A stretch of 63,955 nt of DNA, filler included, from Reclinomonas americana ATCC 50394 (Eukaryota): NCBI GenBank assembly GCA_048213135.1. It is 14 parts of 14 records of this genome, joined end to end, with 100 filler letters (N's around TTAATTAATTAA, not from the genome) between each part and the next. Parts side by side here need not be neighbours in the genome. Positions count along the whole stretch, not along the records: positions 47,159 to 49,294 come from AFZH01020899.1; positions 49,395 to 53,913 come from AFZH01020901.1; positions 54,014 to 55,594 come from AFZH01020903.1; positions 55,695 to 62,758 come from AFZH01020904.1; 10 more parts are not named here. The stretch is one strand, 5' to 3'. Shown here piece by piece: positions 48,390-58,500 of the stretch; within the stretch, counting starts at the first letter, position 1; each line of letters opens with the position of its first letter. The position numbers and the translations under genes are program-made. The notes beneath the pieces were generated by a model, which was not told the DNA's origin, ran no database searches, and was given only the letters and a program-made list of their open reading frames with translations.

Positions 48390-50135
48390 CAAAGTTACAG
48401 TGTGCTGCGATTGTCCTTTCCTCCTCTCCTCTTCTCTCTCACACATGGAGCCACAATCGCTCTTTGTGCGCAGCATACAACCTGTACTCGCACGCAAACA
48501 GGCTCGCAAACGCCTGCTGAGTGCACTCTTTGCCAGTGTGCGACGCGCGAGTGAGGCCGTGTGTGCGATTGTTGAGAAGCAGCGGAGAGGCGGAGAAGGC
48601 GATGGAGATGGAGAAGAAGGGGAGGAGAATGGGGAGAGAATGGTAGGAGAAGAAGAAGAAGAAGAAGAAGAAGAAGAAGAAGAAGGCGATTACTGGTTGC
48701 AATACAGGAGCAATCAATGTTACAGTGTGCTGCGATTGTCCTTTGCTCCTCTCCTCTTCTCTTCTCTCTCACATGGAGCCACAATCGCTCTTTGTGCGCA
48801 GCATACAACCTGTACTCGCACGCAAACAGGCTCGCAAACGCCTGCTGAGTGCACTCTTTGCCAGTGTGCGACGCGCGAGTGAGGCCGTGTGTGCGATTGT
48901 TGAGAAGCAGCGGAGAGGCGGAGAAGGCGATGAAGGAGATGGAGAAGAAGTGGAGGAGAATGGGGGGAGAATGGTAGGAGAAGAAGAAAGGCGATTACTG
49001 GTAGCAATACAGGTGCAATCAATGATACACTGCGATTGTCCTTTCCTCCTCTCCTCTTCTCTCACACACATGGAGCCACAATCGCTCTTTGTGCGCAGCA
49101 TTCAACCTGTGCTCGCACGCAAACAGGCTCGCAAACGACTGCTGAGTGCACTCTTTGCCAGTGTGCGACGTGCAAGTGAGGCCGTGTGTACATGTGCGAT
49201 TGTTGAGCAGCAGCGGAGAGGCGGAGAAGGCGATGGAGATGGAGAAGAAGGGGAGGAGAATGGGGGGGAGAATGGTAGGAGAAAGAAGAAAGGCNNNNNN
49301 NNNNNNNNNNNNNNNNNNNNNNNNNNNNNNNNNNNNNNTTAATTAATTAANNNNNNNNNNNNNNNNNNNNNNNNNNNNNNNNNNNNNNNNNNNNAAACAG
49401 GCTCGCAAACGACTGCTGAGTGCACTGTTTGCCAGTGTGCGACGTGCGAGTGAGGCCGTGTGTGCGATTGTCGAGCAGCAGCGGAGAGGCGGCGGAGAAG
49501 GCGAAGGCGATGGAGAAGAAGGGGAGGAGAATGGGGGGAGAATCGGAGGAGAAGAAAAAAGGCGATTACTGGTTGCAATACAGGTTATAATTACAGTGTG
49601 CTGCGATTGTCCTTTCTTCCCTCTCACACATGGAGCCACAATCGCTCTTTGTGCGCAGCATACAACCTGTACTCGCACGCAAACAGGCTCGCAAACGACT
49701 GCTGAGTGCGCTCTTTGCCAGTGTGCGACGTGCGAGTGAGGCCGTGTGTGCGATTGTTGAGCAGCAGCGGAGAGGCGGCGGAGAAGGCGAAGGCGATGGA
49801 GAAGAAGGGGAGGAGAATGGGGGGAGAATGGTAGGAGAAGAAGAGGCGATTACTTGATGCAATATAATACAGGTTACAATGTGCTGCGATTGTCCTTTGC
49901 TCCTCTCCTCTTCTCTCTCTCTCACATGGAGCCACAATCGCTCTTTGTGCGCAGCATTCAACCTGTACTCGCCCGCAAACAGGCTCGCAAACGACTGCTG
50001 AGTGCACTCTTTGCCAGTGTGCGACGTGCGAGTGAGGCCGTGTGTGCGATTGTTGAGCAGCAGCGGAGAGGCGGAGAAGGGGATGATGGAGATGGAGAAG
50101 AAGGGGAGGAGAATGGGGGGAGAATGGTAGGAGAA
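48390..50135 (+). repeat. ~300-330-bp tandem array (at least 6 units), each copying the upstream sequence and start of exon 1 of the dynamin-like gene
   Basis: ATGGAGCCACAATCGCTC at 48445, 48773, 49070, 49630 and 49926, plus a partial unit at 49395. Each encodes MEPQSLFVRSIQPVLARKQARKRLLSALFASVRRASEAV. Confidence 0.95.
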
Positions 50136-53100
50136 GTGGGTGTGGGCGTGGGTCGAGTGGATGCCGATGTGGGAGAGGGAGTTGGAGTGGTGAGGATGTC
50201 GGTGGAGGAGGAGCAGGCGGAGGAGGAGCGGAGGAGAGTGAGAGCGGTGAGTGAGAGAGAGTGTGTGTGTGTGTTTTGGTGTCTGTTTGATCATCTGTGT
50301 GTGTGCATTGTGTGATCACTCTTTTCACTCATTTCCTTCTTTTTGTTCCTTTTCTCTCCGCTTTATCGTTTTCTTCGTCTCGCCTCTTCCTTCTCCTCCT
50401 CTCTATCTTCACTTTTACACTTGTTCACTTCTTTTGCTCTCTTCTTCTGTCTTTTCCCTTTCTCCAAGTTCTGCCCCTCTCCTCGTTCTCTCTTTGTGCT
50501 CTCTCTCTCTCTCTCTTCCTCGTGTCCTTGCTCTCAACATTTCTTTCTCCCTCTCTCCATCTTCTCCCCTCCTCCTTGTCTCTCATTCCCGTCTTCATTG
50601 TTCTGTTCTCTTCTTCTCTCCTCCTTCTCCTTCCCTTCTCTCTGCGTACGCTCACTCGCTCACCCTTACTCATCTCCTTGCTCTCAACAATCCTTGTCTT
50701 CGCGTTCTTTCTCCATCCGCTCTCCTCTTCTATCTCTTCGCTCTTCGCTCTTTGCACTCATTCCTTGCTTGCCTTCATTCCTCGTCTTCTCGTCTCCTCC
50801 ACTCTCATTCCGTCACTCTTTGCACTCATTCCTTTCTTTATTGTTCTTCCCTCGTCGTCTTCTCTCCTCCTTCTCCTTCCCTTCTCTCGGCGTGCACTCA
50901 CTCGCTCGCCCTTCCTCATATCCTTGCTCTCATCATTCCTTTTCCTCGCTTTCTCTCTCCCCTTGTCTCGCTCTCTCCTCTCCTCTCCACCCTCTTCACA
51001 TTCACTCCTCCTTCCCCTCACCCTCATCTCCTCCCGCAGTTCGACCCCATGTCCGTGCTCCAGTCACCCGAACTCGCACGCATCACGCGTCTGTTGGAAA
51101 AGGCAAGCCTCCTCATCCTGCACTCCACCCACCCACCCGCCGACTCTCATCCCCCCGCCTTCCCATTCACAGCAAGAATGCCGCTTGATGACCATTGGTC
51201 GCACCAACACGTTCCGTCTTCTCTCCGTTCCATTCCCCCTTGCTCCCCCCATTCACTCATCCCGGCTGCAGCGGCAAGTCCACGCTGTGGAACGCATTTC
51301 TCGGTGTCCCCCGCCTCCTCCGTCGCTCCAGCCGAGCATGCACCCCTCGCATTGTGGAGCTCGGACACGGCGAGGTCGGCGAGGCGGTGCTGCTGGACGC
51401 ACAGGGGCAGGTGCTGGAGTCGCGGCGCCTGGAGGGTCTGCGGCTGCCCGACGACATGGTGCGCCGACTCGCGCCGAGCCAGCGCATGCCGGCCGGTAGT
51501 GGGGTGGTGGGAGCGGCGGGAGTGGATGTGGCCGACGAGGAGCAGGTCGGGTGTGTGGTGTGCTGCCAGCTGCCGCTGACGGTGCTCGATACGGGTCTGT
51601 GCGTGATTGATTCACCGGGCCTGGGCGAGCTGCCGTCGTTGGATGCGGTGGTCAAGCAGCAGGCGGCGGAGGCTGACGGTATTATTTACATTATCGACAG
51701 TAGGGATCCCATGAACCGGCAGGTTTGTGTGGAGAAAGGGGAAGGGGCGGAGAGAGGGAGAGTGAGACAGGAGGGAGAGATGTGCGTGCTTGTGAGTTTC
51801 CTCTTGAATCGGTTGCTGATTTGCCCTCATGAGTCGCTGTTGTCTCTGTCAACTACTTTTCTCACTCTCTCTGGTTGTTTGAGTTTCCTCTCGATGTCTG
51901 CTGCGCTCCCCCGCCCTTGGGTCTTTGTTTGTAGGTTTATGTTAATCCTACATCTGTCTCTTTCTCCTCTCAGCGAGTTAGTGAGTATCCTCGCAAATCG
52001 CCATCGTACGCTGCATTTCAAACGACACAGTTCGTTCCGCGTGAACGTGACATTCTCTCCAACAATCACCATCGTTCTGGCACTCTGCTGTTCTCTCCCT
52101 TCTCTTCTTCATCGTCTGCCTGGCTCTGTTCGCCACTTTCTCTTCCCCTGCGTGCCTGTGAGGCATGCCCACGATGCAATTCGCTCCACGGGTGATAGTC
52201 TCCTTTTCCTGCTCTCTCCTTGCCACTCACCCTTCCCCTTTCCACTTCCTCCTTCCACCAGGACGTGGACACCCTCCGCGAACTCGCCGCCCTCGGCACC
52301 CCCATCATGTTCCTCGTCAACCTGTGGCAACGAGCCGACGACGACGAAGACGATGATGAAGAGGAAGATAGTGAGGCGGCGGGAATGAGGGAGCTGGAGG
52401 CGCTGGAGATGACCATTCGGGAGTTGCGTTCCTTCTCCCTCTCCATCCTCGCTCTCCTTCCCACCTTAATCCGCCACACCTTTTCCCCCTCTCAGGCGCT
52501 TGCGAGATGTCGGCATGGCCCCCGATGCCTCGCGCTTGCAGTTTGTCGACGTCAAGCAGGCGGTCTGTACCATCGTTTGCTTTGCTCTTCACTCAGCATC
52601 CTGCTCATCACTGACTCACGTTGCTGCTGCGCAGTGGCGCGCCTCGGCCGTGAGTCACCATGAATCACTTCATTTCTGCACTCTCGTGTCTGACATCCCC
52701 CTGCAGGGCCGAGTGTCGGCGTATCCAGCAGACTTCACCGTTTCGTCACTCTCTTCTCCCCTGCCTCCCCCTTGCCCCTCGCTCACTTTCCCATATCATT
52801 GCCAGCTCTTCATGACCCACCTCACCACCTTTGTCGGCGACATTTGGTCAGCGGAGACATTCCAAGCCGCGCGCGATCTCCAAACCGTGGTGCGCACTGT
52901 GCTACAGTCGCTGTTGCACGAACGGTGCGTGGAAACAGCGATGCTCTTGAGGTGCTGCATTCCTCCCTCACTCTTTCGCGCAGTGAATCCGGGGAGGAGA
53001 TTCGGCAGCGGTTCACGGTGACCGAAGAGGCGCTGCAGCGATTTCTTGACGCCATGTTGCGTGCTGCTGCCCCGCCTCTTGCCTTTCCTGCCAATAACTG

Positions 53101-53710
53101 ACCGCCTGCCACAGGACCGCCGTGCCCGCTGTGGTGGAGGATCGAGTGCGCGAGGGTCTCCGACAGATTGTGGCCGAGGATGCATTTCGCGCCGCCATTG
53201 TAGTCGAAGTGGACAGCGCGGTCATGCGTGGACAATTTAGCGTGCGTGCACAGCTTAGTTGCCTCATGTCTTGTTTCTCGTGACTAACCTCCATACTCAT
53301 GCAGTCCGTACCTGCCGGCGTTCGAAAGCGAGACCACACGAACCAGATCATTTGGGGGATTGTTCACAGACAGGTCTCGTCGCGTGGAAGAACCTTCTGC
53401 TTGTGCGCATTTCGCCTCACTACCCTCCCCTCGCAGTTGGAACAATCTCTGCAAGTGCCGGTCATTGTGGGGCAAGTGGTGGGCGCGGCGGTGGCGCGCG
53501 GTCGTGACCAGGTGCAAGCGTACCTCGACGAACTCGGCGACGGTCACTCGGCGACTCTTGCGCGTGTTTTGCAGGATGCATTTGGAGCGGGTACCGAACT
53601 TAGTGGTCCCGAGTTTCAGTGGGAGCTGGTCGGTGGCGTCAGCGGCGCAGGTGGTTCAATTGGCATGACTTTGCTGACGATTGGAGCGTTTGCGACGTCG
53701 GCGGAAACGG
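49926..53710 (+). CDS. Dynamin-like (Dynamin_N/BDLP/mitofusin-type) GTPase, N-terminal part of a multi-exon gene
   Basis: Exon 1 is 49926-50246 (phase 0), exon 2 starts at 51040, then a GC-AG intron 51103-51172 and an intron 51211-51271. This gives G1 IGRTNTGKSTLWNAFLG, G2 ACT, G3 VIDSPG, ADGIIYIID and a G4-position FLVNLWQ, then helical exons and the hydrophobic segment LVGGVSGAGGSIGMTLLTIGAF. Confidence 0.85.
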
Positions 53711-54157
53711 TGTGTCTCAACTGAAGGGATTCCTTTTATTGATTTTTGGCTTCTTTCCTCCTCGGTCTCTTCGTCTTTTTTCGCCGGTCCCCTCCCGCCT
53801 CCCGCCTCCGTCTTCCCCCTTGTCTTCCCCTTGTCTTGCCCCTTGTCTTGCCCCTTGTCTTGCCCCTGTCTTCCCCCATGTTCTTCCCCCCTTCCGTCTT
53901 CCCCCCTTCCATCNNNNNNNNNNNNNNNNNNNNNNNNNNNNNNNNNNNNNNNNNNNNTTAATTAATTAANNNNNNNNNNNNNNNNNNNNNNNNNNNNNNN
54001 NNNNNNNNNNNNNAGGCGCGCGCGGCGTGTGGGAAGTAGGTGGTGTGCGGGGGAGGGGGAAAGGGAAGTGGAGGAGAGAGAGAGAGAGAGAGAGAGTGAG
54101 ATTGATGCCGTGTCTCTTGTTTGCTTCGCTTTCGTCTCACCGTGTTGCCTCACGCAG

Positions 54158-55093
54158 TTTGGAACCATCAACGGCGCCGATTGCGCGATTGTCTCGCTTC
54201 CGCTGGATCCCGAACGACGACTCACATCGCTGTTTGCGGTTCACAATTTGCTGGCTTTCCGGTGAACTCCCTTGTATGCCTACCTTATCCGTCCAGCTGC
54301 TGACTCGCTTGCTGCAGTGGTCAGCGCGGTGTGCTGACTGCCCGTGCCGTTCAAGTTCCCGACTTGCTGTCACTCGTGCGCGCCGGTGAGTGACCTTTTT
54401 TCCATCATCGCAACCTCCGCCCTGCTGCTGAGTTAGAAGCAGATGTCGGCGATCGGCTGCGCGATCCCGATCAAATCCTCGTGTGCGTTCCACCATGTGA
54501 ATCGTCGCTGGCAGTCTTTGCGGTCGAGCGCTTCGGCACTGTGAGCACGGGAGAGCGCATCGCGCTGATTGCGAGCGTCATCAAGGGTCTGGCCGCCCTC
54601 CATCGACGCCGCTGTGCGCACGGCCACTTGCGCGCGGAGAACTTTCTTGTGCGTGGTACCATGTCACCGAAATCGGAGGCAGGCACTCGGGATGCTCATC
54701 TCTTTGTCACAGATGCAACGAGCCGGCGATCCCTCCAGCATTCTGCTGGCCGACGCCGGAGTGACAGGCGCGTTTGCTGGCAGCTGGGCCAACATGTCAC
54801 CGTGGATGATTCCACCGGAGCACCGGCGAGTGCCGTCGTTTGCCGGCGATGTGTTCTCGCTGGCCTGCATCATATTCCAAATCATCTTCATCAACGACGA
54901 TGTCGCCATGTTTGACAACGGCACTTCTGCGCATCCGGCACGCCCCGAGAACATCTTCGTGGAGCTGCCGGAGGAGTCTGTGGATCGTCTGTGGCAGCTG
55001 CTGGAGCGCTGCTGGTCCGACGATCCCGCCCGACGGCCCAGCTCGGCTGATATATTTGCCGAGTTTGCCTCCATGTTTGGCTCGGCGCCGTGA
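54158..55093 (+). CDS. Protein kinase-fold domain, probable pseudokinase; likely the C-terminus of the dynamin-like gene
   Basis: IKGLAALHRRRCAHGHLRAENFL|..LLADAG..WMIPPE..GDVFSLACII..LWQLLERCWSDDPARRPSSADI. HRD is HGH, DFG is DAG, and VAIK is CAIV. Confidence 0.8.
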
Positions 55094-55210
55094 ACTAGAA
55101 GGAAGAACGTAGTTAAATAGTTATATAAATGTACATGGTCAATTATCGGAGACGGGAGAAGTTACAGACATTGTAACACTTTTGTTTATTTTCATTTTTT
55201 CTCCCGCGAT

Positions 55211-55560
55211 TTACCACGCAGTGCGGCCAGCGTGACTCGCTGGCTCCGATGCCGACTCGTACGACGAAGACCCTGAACCTGGCAGGCGGTTGTCAGTGTC
55301 TTTCTGTGTGTGGATGTAAGAGGGTGGAAGAAAACAAACCACTCGATTTCTGGTCATTGTCGGCCTCTTCGTCGTCGTCCTCGGCCTCCACGGCGTGGCT
55401 GAAACGAGCAAAGCGCTGGTACTCGTGTGAACCGATGGCTCCCTGGTGCGAAGGAAAGGACAGAGGTGTGAGGGAATGGCGCGGAAGAGAGGATAGTATG
55501 AGGAAGGGAGAAAGAGGAGAGGGAGAGGAAGCGGGAGAGGGAGAGGAAGCGGGAGAGGAA

Positions 55561-55594
<34 letters not shown>

Positions 55595-58500
55595 NNNNNN
55601 NNNNNNNNNNNNNNNNNNNNNNNNNNNNNNNNNNNNNNTTAATTAATTAANNNNNNNNNNNNNNNNNNNNNNNNNNNNNNNNNNNNNNNNNNNNGGAGAG
55701 GAAGAGGAAGGGAGAGAGAGAGAGAGAGAGCGAAACAGAGAGACCGTTCATAACACGCAGATAGAGAAGAGGAGAACGACACACAGCCCCTTGTTGTTCA
55801 ACTTTCACCTCATCAGATGCACCAAGCTTCTCTATCTTAAACACGCCGAACTCAGCAAAACGACAAACATGGACGCAGATTGTTGCTGCCCTCTTTCGCA
55901 ACTAATCTCCTCACTCTGTCTCTCTCATTCGCAGAAAGGTAGCATCAAAGAGTTCGTTCCACGGACCGCACAGACAACAAGTCAACAAAATTCGCACACT
56001 GCCTCACTCGCGCACACGCAGATTGTTGCCGCTCACGCTCAGCCATTGTCCTGACGCACTCTTTTCCTTCTCATGCTCCACCATTGTCCTCTTATGACAC
56101 AGAGAGACATAGTTCGCTCTCTGTCTCCCTACATTTCCCCTCTCGCTTCGTCTTTTACACACACTCCGTCTCTCTCTCTCTCCCACACACACACACACAA
56201 ACACACATGTCAACACAGAAACAGAGAGACAAGAACACAGAGCTAAATCACGGACAACAGTCAGTAACTCACTGCTGCGCAAAAACACCTCCCTGCCTCC
56301 CTTCCCCATATTCCCCTTCCTCTTCACCCTTCTCCCTTTTCCTCACCCGATCAAACAACTCGGTAATGGTGCCATCATGCACACGGAGGAACCGCCGATG
56401 CGGCTCTGGATCGGCATTCTTGCGCAGCGTGAAGATGATAATCTGCACGTTGACCTCCTCAAAGTCCTCGTCGTACTCGTCAAACATGCGGAACTCGTAG
56501 ACCACGGCCCGGCGGCGTTGACCTGCAAATAGGGAAGGCGGAGGGGTGAGCGGATCAATAAAGAAAAACTATGTGTTGCGAAATCTTATGATTCCCTCTC
56601 CCTCTATCTCCTTTTCCCTCTCCCTCTTTTCACCCTCTCCTTCACCCTCTCCCTCTTCTTCCCCTTCTCCCCCTCTTCCTCCCTTCCCTTTCCCCCTCTT
56701 CCTCCCTTCCCTTTCCCTCACTCACCATTCGGCCCCCTCCACCTCTCCGCCTTGTCGACAATATAATGCAGCTCCTTGATGGACAGCTCCAAATCATGCG
56801 GCACGAAAAACACCTTCTCCTCGCCGTGCAGCCGCGTGTACACATCGTACATCAGGCCATTCATGTGAATGCGCAGAATGTACGTGTAGAGCACCGCCGA
56901 GGCCACTAGCACCAGCACAATGTCGATGAACACGGTGGCAATGGCGCCGAGCACGCCAACACCCTCCGAGTACACAAACTTGTTGTAGAGCTTGAAGGCG
57001 TCGCCGTAGGTCCAATTCTTGATGATGCAGTCGACCGTCACAATCAGAATGGGGTCGAGGATCGTGCCGAGGCCAAAGGCGATGACGAAACGCGAGCCCC
57101 ACGCCAGCGTCGTGTCCATCAGGCGTTGTGAGGCCCACGACATGAGAATGAGCAGTAGTAGAATGATAATGTTGAAGAAGACGCCAAAGGCGGTGGTGCC
57201 GAACTCGATGCCGACCGACAGCAGCTCCCACTGGTATTTCAGCTCGACGTGATAGAAGAGGGGGTTGTAGGAGGAGATCGGCACGCCAATCAGCTGCAGG
57301 TAGAGCCACTGGCCAAAGTAGTGCGTGTACAGACGCATCCATAGCACGCTGAGGAGCAGGAAGATCATGCCCCAGAACTCCGAGTTGCGCCAGTCCGACA
57401 GCGCCATGTCGGAGACGGTGGCGCGCCACACGTACGACATTTTGTGGCTGGCCTCTTTGCGGCCGCGGTAGGTGGTCTAGTAAATGGGGAAGGGGGAAAG
57501 GGGAAGGGGAAGGAGGGAAAGGGGAAGGGGGTGAGAGGAGGGAAAGGGAGTGGAGAAGAAAGAGGGAGTGGGGAAAGGGAGAGGGAGTGGGGAAAGGGAG
57601 AAGGGGTGGAGAAAGGGACAGGGAGTGGGGAAAGGGAGAGGGAGTGGGGAAAGGAAGAGGGAGTGGGGAAAGGGAGAGGGAGTGGCGAATGGGAGAGGGA
57701 GTGGGGAAAGGGAGAGGGAGTGGCGAATGGGAGAGGGAGTGGGGAAACGGACAGGGAGTGGGGAAAGGGAGAGGGAGTGGAGAAAGGGAGAGGGAGTGGG
57801 GAAAGGAAGAGGGAGTGGGGAAAGGGACAGGGAGTGGGGAAAGGGACAGGAAGTGGGGAAGGGAGAGGGAGTGGGGAAAGGGAGAGGGGGCGAGGAGAGG
57901 GACAGAGGGAAGTGAGAGAGAGAGAGAGATATGAGGTGAGAGCACAAATTGTGGAGAGACGACAGAATAAAAACGTGGCAGAAAAGAAGTCGTTGTGTTA
58001 CAAGTGACAGCAAGAAAGTACGCCAGGGAGACGAGAGAACACGAGAAACGGACTTCCCACAATCAACTCACCGGCTGTCGAATCGAATAACGATGGCGTT
58101 CCAGCTTCTGCGCCAGCGTCGGTGTTTTCTTGTGCACCGTCAGGCGTCGCTTGTACGCTCCCATGTTCTCCTTGACGTAGTCGTGGAGGAACATGTCGTG
58201 ATCGAGAACGTCGTCGCCGTGCACATAGTACGTCATGCCAGGGGCGACGCGGCGCATTTTGTGGAAATTCGACTGCAATAGGCAGAGGTGAGCACTCGAC
58301 AGCACCACTGCCCTCTCCACAATCCCCTCACGAAACTGTGTCTACTTCATCGCCTCGCAACAGCATCGTCGGCCTCGAGCGGTTGAAGCGACTGCGCCGC
58401 ACACACATGGAATTGGATTCAAACACAACACACGCTTGAACAACAAAACGACTCACCTTCCAAGTAGCGCCTCGTCGAGCGTGGCCACTGCCACCAGCTG

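Noticed and set aside
50251..51579. Long Ser/Leu/Pro/Phe-rich or Glu/Arg/Gly-rich ORFs here and at 12562-13827, 31562-32324, 36571-37098 and 39247-40614
   Set aside because: Stop-poor CT/GA microsatellite introns or intergenic tracts with no domain signal.
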